This document shows positions 1-13,400 of a DNA stretch of 64,000 nucleotides, piece by piece. This stretch comes from Macrostomum hystrix. Taxonomy: Eukaryota; Animalia; Platyhelminthes. How positions within the stretch are numbered: position 1 is the stretch's first letter; the number at the start of each line of letters is the position of its first letter. Where the stretch lies: NCBI GenBank assembly GCA_950097015.1, contig CATNEN010000035.1:1116001-1180000 (forward strand). The letters are read 5' to 3'. The notes beneath the pieces were generated by a model. It saw nothing but the letters and a program-made list of their open reading frames with translations. It did no database searches and had not been told where the DNA came from. Position numbers and translations under genes: made by a program.

Positions 1-822
1 CTGTCTGTCTGCCCGTCCATAGGGCCACTAATTGGGGGAAGGGGCGCAGCAGCAGAACTTGGCCCCAAATGTTCGGGCTTAATCAACCGAGAACAAACGC
101 AGCTATCATTTGTGTGTGTGAATGTGTGTTTGTGTGTAGTCTCTGCCCCATCCGTAGGCATACCTCATATCGGCTTGGCGCTCATACACCTTATATCATA
201 CCTGTGCAAGGCCTGATTGCCAGGCTCAAATCCACTTCTGTCTGTCTGTTAAATATTTGTGCTATATCTGTACTACTGTAGCGCTTCGGAATACGCTGAC
301 CAAGGCACAATAATTTAGTATTGCACCACCTGAGCTCAGCCAGTGCGCCGCTTGCCTGTTCTCATCCACCAGCTGCTTTTTCCTCCTCGCTTTCTTCCTC
401 AAAAACTGCGGCAGCGGATGCGCGGATTGAAGATTTTCATCGGCTAAAATGTTCCAACAGACAGTGAGCATTTGGATGCGACAGCTATCGGCTCCATGAT
501 ATTGGGATTAGAAGGAAAGGGGAATATATAGGGAGTGCGGATCCGGACACAGTCGGCTTTCTGCCCGATCTTCACTCAAATTGGTCCCAGGCCTCTTTCC
601 CTCTCCCCTTCTACTTCTTGAACAGTTTGACGCATTCTAAGCATGACGGCTTATATAGCATGAGCACAAACTCAAGGCAAGATTGTGTGCGTGCCGGAGG
701 TTTTTTGAGAAGACGGCACAGGACAGACTGGCTGGAGGAAATATTTATTTAATTTCGCGCCTAAGTCTCCAAGTGGACTGTGGAGAGAGCAGCTCAAGTA
801 GAGTGAGTCGAGACGGACGAGT

Positions 823-824
<2 letters not shown>

Positions 825-865
<41 letters not shown>

Positions 866-869
866 TGTG

Positions 870-906
<37 letters not shown>
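825..906. repeat. (GT)n microsatellite, interrupted
   Basis: Directly visible. Confidence 0.95.
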
Positions 907-908
<2 letters not shown>

Positions 909-2105
909 GTGACTGAAGGGCAGTTTAGAAAAGGCGGTACTTTTAGGCTCATATGAAGAAAAGTAGTTCTCAAATAGCCTGTGACTGGACTTTCGTTTGA
1001 AAATCGTTCTTCATCGTCAGTTTTGAGAACAGAACTTATTTGAGTGGGAAGAGATGGAGAGAATGCGGGGGTGGCTTGTGTGCCTTTACCAGCCTGCTCA
1101 AACTTTGTGCTCCGAAAAATGGAGATCTCAAGTTATTTTTCTGTTAAGAGCGTCGACGAGTGGGCGTAAATTACTGGCAAAAATATGATCAGATAGGATC
1201 AGAGAGCGAGGGAGTGTGTTTTCGCCTATGCGTCCGAACTTTTAGACGCGCATGTGAAAAAACCAGCGCCTTCGTCACTAATTTATTACAGTTGGTTGGT
1301 GCATGTCTGGCTGGAATGGTGGAGTTGTGTGTGTACGTGTGTGCGAGATTAACTAGACCAACACAGATGCTGCGAGCAACCCCATTCATTCTGCCATTTC
1401 CTAGAATGGAATCCATTTCGGAGCCTATCTAATGCATCTATCAAGCTATCTAACCATATCCATCTGGCCCGCCAAGTGGCTCTAATGCGTGTCTCAGCCT
1501 CCTCCTCGCGTTTTTGGCCCTGTGCAGGAAGATGCGCCGCCATCATTCGGTCGTTTCGTCCGATCGTTCGCTCCATTTCCTGTGTTCGGCTGCGTCTTCC
1601 TAACTCCAAACCCTCGTCCCCCTGCCTTGCAATGCTGATCAGATCTTAGCAAATCAAGTCCTTACTGATGTGGACCAAAGCATTAGTTGGGTCTTGACCT
1701 TCCGATTCCTGAAATTCCTGCCTCATTTCTCCGAGTCAGTAGACAGTCCGGCTGGGAAACAGATCGCTGCTAATTATGCATGCGAAACAGCTGCTGCCCT
1801 CCCCCCCTCACCCTCCAGTACTCGGCCTTATTGCTCTTTGCCTCTCCCGCTCCCGCTAATGCCTGTTTGCTCATGCACCGGACCCTCTCTTCCACAACCC
1901 CACTGAAACCCCAGTCTGCTTGCGCCAATACCTTCTCATCTCTCCCCTGGCTCTTCTTGTCGTCAAACAGGTTCTAGCTCTCTTTCTTTCTTTCACTTCT
2001 AGAATAGTTGACGAAAGAATGCAAATCAACTTAACTTTGATGAAGTTTTCTTGCTATTTTTTTCTTTACTTTGCGTGTAAACTGTGAAAATTGCATTTCT
2101 ACTGG

Positions 2106-3985
2106 TCACCCCATACTCTGATAGATTGGTGGCCAGTTCACACCATACTCTGATAGATTGGTGGCCAGTTCACCCCATACTCTGACAGATTGGTGGCCAG
2201 TTCACCCCATACTCTGATAGATTGGTGGCCAGTTCACCCCATACTCTGACAGATTGGTGGCGAGTTCACCCCATACTCTCTGACAGATTGGTGGCCAGTT
2301 CACCCCATACTCTCTGACAGATTGGTGGCCAGTTCACCCCATACTCTCTGACAGACTGGTGGCCAGTTCACCCCATACTCTGACAGATTGGTGGCCAGTT
2401 CACCCCATACTCTGATAGATTGGTGGCCAGTTCACCCCATACTCTGATAGATTGGTGGCTAGTTCACCCCATACTCTCTGACAGATTGGTGGCCAGTTCA
2501 CCCCATACTCTGATAGATTGGTGGCCAGTTCACCCCATACTCTGATAGATTGGTGGCCAGTTCACCCCATACTCTGATAGATTGGTGGCCAGTTCACCCC
2601 ATACTCTCTGACAGATTGGTGGCCAGTTCACCCCATACTCTGATAGATTGGTGGCCAGTTCACCCCATACTCTGATAGATTGGTGGCCAGTTCACCCCAT
2701 ACTCTCTGACAGATTGGTGGCCAGTTCACCCCATACTCTGATAGATTGGTGGCCAGTTCACCCCATACTCTCTGACAGATTGGTGGCCAGTTCACCCCAT
2801 ACTCTGATAGATTGGTGGCCAGTTCACCCCATACTCTCTGACAGATTGGTGGCCAGTTCACCCCATACTCTGATAGATTGGTGGCCAGTTCACCCCATAC
2901 TCTCTGACAGATTGGTGGCCAGTTCACCCCATACTCTCTGACAGATTGGTGGCCAGTTCACCCCATACTCTCTGACAGATTGGTGGCCAGTTCACCCCAT
3001 ACTCTCTGACAGATTGGTGGCCAGTTCACCCCATACTCTGATAGATTGGTGGCCAGTTCACCCCATACTCTCTGACAGATTGGTGGCCAGTTCACCCCAT
3101 ACTCTCTGACAGATTGGTGGCCAGTTCACCCCATACTCTCTGACAGATTGGTGGCCAGTTCACCCCATACTCTCTGACAGATTGGTGGCCAGTTCACCCC
3201 ATACTCTCTGACAGATTGGTGGCCAGTTCACCCCATACTCTCTGACAGATTGGTGGCCAGTTCACCCCATACTCTCTGACAGATTGGTGGCCAGTTCACC
3301 CCATACTCTCTGACAGATTGGTGGCCAGTTCACCCCATACTCTCTGACAGATTGGTGGCCAGTTCACCCCATACTCTCTGACAGATTGGTGGCCAGTTCA
3401 CCCCATACTCTCTGACAGATTGATGGCCAGTTCACCCCATACTCTCTGACAGATTGGTGGCCAGTTCACCCCATACTCTCTGACAGATTGGTGGCCAGTT
3501 CACCCCATACTCTGATAGATTGGTGGCCAGTTCACCCCATACTCTGACAGATTGGTGGCCAGTTCACCCCATACTCTGACAGATTGGTGGCCAGTTCACC
3601 CCATACTCTGACAGATTGGTGGCCAGTTCACCCCATACTCTGACAGATTAGTGGCGAGAGGCGAGATCACCCCATACTCTCTGATAGATTGGTGGCCAGT
3701 TCACCCCATACTCTCTGACAGATTGGTGGCGAGATCACCCCATACTGTCTGATAGATTGGTGGCGAGATCACCCCATACTCTCTGATAGATTGGTGGCCA
3801 GTTCACCCCATTCTCTCTGACAGATTGGTGGCCAGTTCACCCCATACTCTGACAGATTGGTGGCCAGATCACCCCATACTCTGACAGATTGGTGGCCAGA
3901 TCACCCCATACTCTGACAGATTGGTGGCCAGATCACCCCATACTCTGACAGATTGGTGGCCAGATCACCCCATACTCTCTGACAG
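2106..3985. repeat. Minisatellite, 32/34-bp unit GATTGGTGGCCAGTTCACCCCATACTCT(CT)GA(T/C)A, about 57 copies, in LNX intron
   Basis: Directly visible; ends about 30 nt before the acceptor at 4016. Partial 32+34 dimer periodicity. Confidence 0.95.
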
Positions 3986-4016
3986 TGCATGACTTCAACC
4001 ATCCTATTGAATGCAG

Positions 4017-7000
4017 GCTGCTGGACAAACTGCTGGTGGTCTGCCCGAATGTTGACTACTGCGAGGAGGTGCTGCAGAGGTGCGAGCTCGAGTCGCATCT
4101 GTTGCACAGGTAGAATCCATGACACCTTCCTGCTGATTGGCATATCGCACAGTCACATTGGAAATGCGGATGTGAGCATTTTCCGTTCCCTTTCTCACTC
4201 GCAGGTGTCGCGGTGCCGTTCTGCGCTGCGCAAAATCAGGCCAAGGCTGCACCTTCCAGGGTCCGCGGACAGCCCTGCAGAACCACCTGTGGGAGTGTCC
4301 GTTCAGAACTGACGACGATGCCAACGCAGCCGAAGCCGCCAACGATGCCAACGGAGGTGAGTTCCTCCTCTGTGCGCAGTGGGTGAATGGATGTGGAAGA
4401 TAGGTGAATCGATGTGGAAGATGGGTGAATCGATGTGGAAGATGGGTGAATCGATGTGGAAGATAGGTGAATCGATGTGGAAGATGGGTAAGTCGATGTC
4501 GAAGATGGGTGAATCGATGTGGAAGATGCAGTTATGTATGTGGAAGATGGGTGAATCGATGTGGAAGATGGGTGAATCGATGTGGAAGATTAATGAATCG
4601 ATGTGGAAAATGTGTGAATCTATGTGGAAGATGGGTGAATCTATGTGGAAGATAGGTGAATCGATGTGGAAAATGTGTGAATCTATGTGGAAGATGGGTG
4701 AATCTATGTGGAAGATAGGTGAATCGATGTGGAATATAGTTGAATCGATGTGGAATATAGGTGAATCGATGTGGAAGATGGGTGAATCGATGTGGAAGAT
4801 GGGTGAATCGATGTGGAATATAGGTGAATCGATGTGGAAGATGGGTGAATCGATGTGGAAGATGGGTGAATCGATGTGGAAGATAGGTGAATCGATGTGG
4901 AAGATAGGTGAATCGATGTGGAAGATAGGTGAATCGATGTGGAAGAAGGGTGAATCGATGTGGAAGATGGGTGAATCGATGTGGAATTTGGGTGAATCGA
5001 TGTGGAATATAGGTGAATCGATGTGGAAGATGGGTGAATCGATGTGGAAGATGGGTGAATCGATGTGGAAGATGGGTGAATCGATGTGGAAGATGGGTGA
5101 ATCGATGTGGAAGATAGGTGAATCGATGTGGAAGATAGATGAATCGATGTGGAAGATGGGTGAATCGATGTGGAAGATGGGTGAATCGATGTGGAAGATA
5201 GGTGAATCGATGTGGAAGATAGATGAATCGATGTGGAAGAAGGGTGAATCGATGTGGAAGATGGGTGAATCGATGTGGAAGAAGGGTGAATCGATGTGGA
5301 AGATGCAGTTATGGATGTGGGATATGGGTGAATGCAAATAGAAGATGGGTAAATACAAAATGTAAGATGGGTGAATGGTATGAGCGGGTCGAATTAAACC
5401 CAGTATAGGCAATTTCTGCAAGCCCTAAAAGAAATTCTCAGCAACTCTCGGCAGCTCTCGAATTTCTAGTGCCCGCACAGTTGCTGTCACAGGTCGCGTT
5501 CATAAGCGCTGCATTTTAAAGAAAATCGGTTAATGGACATTTCTGCGGCTTAGGCTACCGTGTTGAAGAATTTGCAGCGGTCGGGAATCGAATGTCCGAC
5601 CACACTCGCAGATAATGTGCAGTAAAATGATCGCATCCCTACCTTGGGTATTAGTGTGCTTATTAAATGCTTCCTGTTCCATGAGTGACCGCAAGTTTTC
5701 GCCAAGCTAGTTAAAATAATTTTACATTACTATCTCAGAAGACTAAGTTTTAGGTGCTTAAACTTTCCGTTTCATAATTTCAGACTGGTCATCAAAGTCT
5801 CCCATAGCCAGCGGTGAAGTCACCATCATAGAGATTGCTCGCGGCTGCTATGACCTGGGCATCAGCTTTGTGGGCGGCTGCGACACACCTCTGGTGAGCG
5901 ACACTGCTGTGATTGCAAATTCCCCTGATTGCAGATTCCACTGATTGCAGAATCCAATAGTTGCAGATTCCACTGATTGCAGAATCCAATAGTTGCAGAT
6001 TCCACTGATTGCAGAATCCAATAGTTGCAGATTCCACTGATTGCAGAATCCAATAGTTGCAGGAAGCCATGTTGGAATATTGTATTATAGATAGCAGAAT
6101 TCCGGTGTAACTGATTTTATTCCCATGAATGAATTTACCCATGATTAAATTTACACAATGCTGAAGCTATCTTCAGCTGTAAATCCCAATTATCCCAATT
6201 AGACTATAGCCATGATAAACAATGACAGCACTAGCTCAACTTGACTAATGCCATTTATTTTTTAAAATGGTTTACAAACGATATATTGACGGTGAAAAAG
6301 CCAATGGTAACTCGGCGCTGTTCATCTCGCCTTCCTGTTCCCACAACTATTATCCCGCTTCCCAGCCTATAAGTCCATTTTCAGATCTCCCCCGGGCAGT
6401 GTTGAATTATGCAGCATTCTCATCGTCAGTTAATTCTGACGGCAGACATTGGCGAGACAGCTTTTGGGCACCCAGACAGTTGAGAATGGCTAGATGGCCA
6501 TGCGGGCCTGGACTCCATTTCCAGTTTCCACCGCATGCCCAGCTGATGGAAGGCTGTCGTGCCTCTCTTGGGGTAGGCTGTCGGACCCTATCTAGAGAAA
6601 GAAAAATGAAATAGATAATTAATATGATGATGAGGATAGCCATTCTGTGCGTGCCAGCCAGTGTTTTATCATTCCCCCCTCCCTGACTATGCAATTTGCC
6701 GATTTCTTGACAGCGTTTCTAAGGCCCGAAAAAGAATAATGAAAACTAAATTTGTTTCGACATTTCTATTATACTTGAGGAACTCAATGAATTTTCTCCT
6801 AAATTAATTGCCGCTTAATAGGTATTTCGTGTCCTCAAAATGTGTCCTTAAAATTTATGCCAACACTAGTTGGGGTAGAAATGTGGTGGGTGTTGTGGCC
6901 ACCCTGGTCCTAAGACATGAAAAGAAGATTCTAGTTTGACAAGATTCTAGTTTGGGAAGATTCTAGTTTGGCAAGATTCTAGTTTGGGAAGATTCTAGTT

Positions 7001-10000
7001 TGGGAATATTCTAGTTTGGGAAGATTCTAGTTTGGGAAGTTCTAGTTTGACAAGATTCTAGTTTGACAAGATTCTAGTTTGGGAAGATTCTAGTTTGGCA
7101 AGATTCTAGTTTGACAAGATTCTAGTTTGACAAGATTCTAGTTGTCAAGATTCTAGTTTGGCAAGATTCTAGTTTGACAAGATTCTAGTTGGCAAGATTC
7201 TAGTTTGGCAAGATTCTAGTTTGGCAAGATTCTAGTTGGCAAGATTCTAGTTTGACAAGATTCTAGTTTGACAAGATTCTAGTTTGACAAGATTCTAGTT
7301 TGGGAAGATTCTAGTTTGGAAAGATTCTAGTTTGGCAAGATTCTAGTTTGACAAGATTCTAGTTTGGGAAGATTCTAGTTTGGGAAGATTCTAGTTTGGC
7401 AAGATTCTAGTTTGGGAAGATTCTAGTTTGGAAAGATTCTAGTTTGGGAAGATTCTAGTTTGGGAAGATTCTAGTTTGGCAAGATTCTAGTTTGGCAAGA
7501 TTCTAGTTTGGCAAGATTCTAGTTGGCAAGATTCTAGTTTGACAAGATTCTAGTTTGGCAAGATTCTAGTTTGACAAGATTCTAGTTTGACAAGATTCTA
7601 GTTTGGCAAGATTCTAGTTTGACAAGATTCTAGTTTGACAAGATTCTAGTTTGACAAGATTCTAGTTTGGGAAGATTCTAGTTTGGAAAGATTCTAGTTT
7701 GGCAAGATTCTAGTTTGACAAGATTCTAGTTTGGGAAGATTCTAGTTTGGGAAGATTCTAGTTTGGCAAGATTCTAGTTTGGGAAGATTCTAGTTTGGAA
7801 AGATTCTAGTTTGGGAAGATTCTAGTTTGGGAAGATTCTAGTTTGGCAAGATTCTAGTTTGGAAAGATTCTAGTTTGGGAAGATTCTAGTTTGGGAAGAT
7901 TATTGGTTTAAGAGGATTCAGTTTATTTCAAAATAAAAGTTTAATAGTTAGATTTTGTTTAACCATTAGCTTACTCGTAGTTATAAATAAGCTACTAAAT
8001 AGTTAGTTATTACTGTTATTTAAACTGTTATTTAAAAATAGCATTCTTGCATATTTTGCACTGATATAACAGAGATGCCCATTGCTCAGTTTATTTTTTC
8101 AGATAGCAATCGAGTTCAGTGTGTTTAAGTGGCATTTTTCCTGTTTTTTTTAGTTTTTTTTACAATCATATGAAAAACCATGATATAGCTTTTCTTTTAG
8201 ACCCCTTTAAACCAGATTTTCATAGTACACATTCAGAGGGATCTTTATGATCACATTAATAATGATGAAAATAATAATAAAGATGCCTTCAAGTTGATTG
8301 AAGATATTCATCTTGTACAATGAGATTTTATCTTAGCAGGAACCTAGGATCCATTGTAAACTCGCGTGTACGAGTATAGGCATCTTTCTAAATATCTGGG
8401 GAATCGAAGCCTAGATATGGTCCTGTGAGAGCGGAGGTGAATATATGAAGAGAGCGGAGGTGAATATTTGAAGAGAGCGGAGGTGAATATATGAAGAGAG
8501 CGGAGGTGAATATATGAAGAGAGCGGAGGTGAATATATGAAGAGAGCGAAGGTGAATATTTGAAGAGAGCGGAGGTGAATATATGAAGAGAGCGAAGGTG
8601 AATATATGAAGAGAGCGGAGGTGAATATATGAAGAGAGCGAAGGTGAATATATGAAGAGAGCGAAGGTGAATATATGAAGAGAGCGAAGGTGAATATATG
8701 AAGAGAGCGGAGGTGAATATATGAAGAGAGCGGAGGTGAATATATGAAGAGAGCGGAGGTGAATATATGAAGAGAGCGAAGGTGAATATTTGAAGAGAGC
8801 GGAGGTGAATATATGAAGAGAGCGGAGGTGAATATATGAAGAGAGCGAAGGTGAATATATGAAGAGAGCGAAGGTGAATATATGAAGAGAGCGGAGGTGA
8901 ATATATGAAGAGAGCGGAGGTGAATATATGAAGAGAGCGAAGGTGAATATATGAAGAGAGCGAAGGTGAATATTTGAAGAGAGCGGAGGTGAATATATGA
9001 AGAGAGCGAAGGTGAATATATAAAGAGAGCGGAGGTGAATATATGAAGAGAGCGGAGGTGAATATATGAAGAGAGCGAAGGTGAATATATGAAGAGAGCG
9101 GAGGTGAATATATGAAGAGAGCGAAGGTGAATATATGAAGAGAGCGGAGGTGAATATATGAAGAGAGCGGAGGTGAATATATGAAGAGAGCGAAGGTGAA
9201 TATATGAAGAGAGCGAAGGTGAATATATAAAGAGAGCGGAGGTGAATATATGAAGAGAGCGGAGGTGAATATATGAAGAGAGCGGAGGTGAATATATGAA
9301 GAGAGCGAAGGTGAATATTTGAAGAGAGCGAAGGTGAATATATGAAGAGAGCGAAGGTGAATATATAAAGAGAGCGGAGGTGAATATATGAAGAGAGCGG
9401 AGGTGAATATATGAAGAGAGCGAAGGTGAATATATGAAGAGAGCGGAGGTGAATATATGAAGAGAGCGAAGGTGAATATATGAAGAGAGCGAAGGTGAAT
9501 ATATGAAGAGAGCGGAGGTGAATATATGAAGAGAGCGAAGGTGAATATATGAAGAGAGCGGAGGTGAATATATGAAGAGAGCGAAGGTGAATATATGAAG
9601 AGAGCGGAGGTGAATATATGAAGAGAGCGGAGGTGAATATATGAAGAGAGCGAAGGTGAATATATGAAGAGAGCGAAGGTGAATATATGAAGAGAGCGAA
9701 GGTGAATATATGAAGAGAGCGAAGGTGAATATATGAAGAGAGCGGAGGTGAATATATGAAGAGAGCGGAGGTGAATATATGAAGAGAGCGGAGGTGAATA
9801 TATGAAGAGAGCGAAGGTGAATATATGAAGAGAGCGAAGGTGAATATATGAAGAGAGCGGAGGTGAATATATGAAGAGAGCGAAGGTGAATATATGAAGA
9901 GAGCGGAGGTGAATATATGAAGAGAGCGAAGGTGAATATATGAAGAGATCGGAGGTGAATATATGAAGAGAGCGAAGGTGAATATATGAAGAGAGCGGAG

Positions 10001-10403
10001 GTGAATATATGAAGAGAGCGGAGGTGAATATTTGAAGAGAGCGGAGGTGAATATATGAAGAGAGCGAATGGGCAGATAGGGGAGAGCGAAGGGGCAGATA
10101 GGGGAGAGCGAAGGGGCAGATAGGGGAGAGCGAAGGGGCAGAAAATAGAGCAAATGCCAGATTGTCAGAGTCTTCACTTCTCCCAATTCAAACCGACGCG
10201 TCGCTTAGCAAGCAGTGGATGTGAAACGCCTTGCTCCCTGACATCTTTTAGGCGACGTCCTAGTTGTTCTCGCATCTCGTGTCCCCTCGCATTCCTCCCA
10301 GTTGACCGCGCTACCCTCCCCTCCCACCGTCCTGCCCTCCCGGACCAGGGATTTTTGCCTTAATCTTGACCAGGCCATCTCTGCGTGCTTGCTAGCCTTA
10401 CAC

Positions 10404-10439
<36 letters not shown>

Positions 10440-13400
10440 GGCGCCATGGCGGAGAAATTATGCCTCATCGGTTCTCATCCATCCATCCATTGGGTTTCCT
10501 GCGTATTGCTGTATATCAGATGTCCGCCTGCCTGCCTGCCTGACTGACTGACTGACTGCTTTCTGTCTGCCTAGGGTTAGCGTGTTCCTAAATACTAGAC
10601 TTGCCTGCTGCCGGACCGGCGAGCCCAGCGACAATTCACCTGACCCTTCTTCTATTTGCAACGAAACAGCTAGTTGCTTTTTAAAATCCCCATTGGTTGT
10701 TGTTAATCATTTCCTTTTTCGTCTTCCTCTTCCTTTTCCTTTTTTCGGGGCTTAGTTTGTTGTTAACGGAAACTGACACACCATCCATTAAGAGGTGTCA
10801 CCAGCTGACACACATGCTGACGCACCAGTTGACACATAAATAGACACCTGCTGACACACCTGCTGACACACCAGCTGACACACCAACTGACAAACCACCA
10901 GGCATCAGTTGACACACTAGCCATTCAGACGGGTCACTGGCTGAAACACCAGCTGCAGCTGACAAAACATTAGACACACCTGCTGACACATCAGCCGTTC
11001 AGATGGGTCACCAGATGACGCAGATTATCTGACCCAACAGTTGACACACCAGCCAGTAAGTTTGAAAAGTTTATGTAGGATGAATTACTCTAAATTAGTC
11101 TATGGCCCAAACCCTCCGCAGAGCTGCATCGTGATCCAGGAGATCTACATCGACGGCCTGGTGGCCAAGGATGGTCGCCTTCGCCCTGGAGACCAGCTGC
11201 TGGAAGTCAATGGCGAGGAGCTGACCCATGCCACCCACAGTCAGGCCAAGCGGGCTCTGTCGCAGCTGCAGCCAATCTGCCGCCTGGCCGTGTACCGCGA
11301 GCGAACCGAAGACCCCAATCGACCGGAGGAACTGATCAAAGTGACGCTGACTAAACGGGCCGGAAAATCTTTGGGCATCAAACTAGTGGGAAAGAAGTAT
11401 GATAATTATGAGTTCAAAACTTGCTGTCTGTCAATTTTTTGATTATCACAATTTTTCTACATCGTTTTTAAAACATATTTTACTGAAGATGTTTTTGGAA
11501 AATGTCAGAAATATTTTACACTTGTTTCTTAGAACTTAGCAACTCTCGTTAAAGCAATAGATTTTCTGGAAAGCCGTCAGGGTTAGAAACTGTGTTTCTT
11601 AGAAACTGTTGTGTGCTTCTTGGAAACCGTTGTGTGTTTCTTATAAACTGTTGTGTGTTTCTTAGAAACAGTTGTGTTTTTTCTTAGAAACAGTTGTGTG
11701 TTTCTTAGAAACAGTTGTGTGTTTCTTAGAAACAGTTGTGTGTTTCTTATAAACAGTTGTGTGCTTCTTGGAAACCGTTGTGTGTTTCTTAGAAACTGTT
11801 GTGTGCGTTTCTTGGAAACTGTTGTGTGTTTCTTAGAAACTGTTGTGTGCGTTTCTTGGAAACTGTTGTGTGTTTCTTAGAAACTGTTGTGTGCTTCTTG
11901 GAAACTGTTGTGTGCTTCTTGGAAACTGTTGTGTGCTTCTTGGAAACTGTTGTGTGCTTCTTAGAAACAGTTGTGCGTTTCTTAGAAACTGTTGTTTGTT
12001 TCTTAGAAACTGTTGTGCGTTTCTTAGAAAATGCCTCGAGTTTACAAGACCTTCGCGTTTTCGAAAGACATCTTTCGCTTCCTAATAAGCTCATGTCCAT
12101 CAATAGCGGTAGAAAGAACATGGGGGTATTTCAAACACCCACATTTTTCTTTTTTCTTTATCTTTCAAAATATTCAACGAATCGCCGTGAAAATCCAGAA
12201 CATGGGCTCAAATTTTCGCCTCTTTAAACATTGGCATCGTCGAGATATTCAAAGATTCTCGTCGGGTTGTCTGGTGGCAAAAACTATTAACTTTTGGGCT
12301 ATCGTGAAGTAGGCGGTGGACATTTGAAATGATAGCAATTTTTCTATTTCCTGACACCTGCATTCCTGCGCCTTCGTTTGGCCCCTCGGCAGGACGTGTC
12401 CGGGCCTCTTCATTCTCGGCCTAGTAGTGGGCGGCCTGGCCGAACTGGACGGCCAACTTCGTCGTGACGATCGAATCCTGGAGATCAACGATCAGGATAT
12501 TCGCAACGGAACTCAGGCTGAGGCTGCGGCCATTATCCAGGTGGGCGCTGCTGAGGAACCTCTAAGCTTCCTCACAATTCTATCTAGTTGTATATTGAAT
12601 TGTAGTATAGTAACAAAAGTCGGGATTGCCTACTTAATCGTTTTAAAGAGCTGCACTTCCTTAAAAATAGCTGTGATCATCAAGAGACTGACAGAGTGTC
12701 TCACAGAGGCATACTTCATCAGAGAGTGGAAAGATTTTTCAGAGTAACAGACTTTCCGAGTGACAGACTTCTCTGTTATTGTCTGACTTTGTCAGAGAGT
12801 GACAGACTCAGTCAGAGACCCACAGACTTCGTTAGAGAGTGACAGACTTCGTTAGACAGTGACAGACTTCGTCAGAGAGTGACAGACTTCGTTAGAGAGT
12901 GACAGACTTGGTTAGAGAGTGACAGACTCAGTCAGAGACTTACAGACTTCGTTAGAGAGTGACAGACTCAGTCAGAGACTTACAGACTTCGTTAGAGAGT
13001 GACAGACTCAGTCAGAGACTTACAGACTTCGTTAGAGAGTGACAGACTCAATCAGAGACTTACAGACTTCGTTAGAGAGTGACTTCGTCAGAGAGTGACA
13101 GGCTTCGTTAGAGAGTGACAGACTTCGTTAGACAGTGACAGACTCAATCAGAGACTTACAGACTTCGTTAGACAGTGACAGACTCAGTCAGAGACTTACA
13201 GACTTCGTTAGAGAGTGACAGACTCAGTCAGAGACTTACAGACTTCGTTAGAGAGTGACTTCGTCAGAGAGTGACAGGCTTCGTTAGAGAGTGACAGACT
13301 TCGTTAGACAGTGACAGACTCAGTCAGAGACTTACAGACTTCGTTAGACAGTGACAGACTCAGTCAGAGACTTACAGACTTCGTTAGAAAGTGACAGACT

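Noticed and set aside
700-826. Possible LNX upstream exon ending at donor GA|GTAAGT (821)
   Set aside because: There is an in-frame stop in the phase needed to join exon 4017 and no RING motif. It could be a non-coding exon, but I cannot support that.
8411-10186. 591-aa ORF, and similar long ORFs at 2628-2941, 4303-5421, 11653-12227, 14166-14910, 21614-22201, 26122-27463, 43229-43899, 45399-46797, 50313-50904, 52182-52748
   Set aside because: These are translations of tandem repeats. Periodicity equals unit length, several frames and both strands are open, and most lie in introns of well-supported genes.
10443-10547. GCCATGG Kozak ATG suggesting an internal RING-less LNX isoform
   Set aside because: Only a weak phase-0 donor (GTTTCC) follows, and the peptide has no recognisable similarity.
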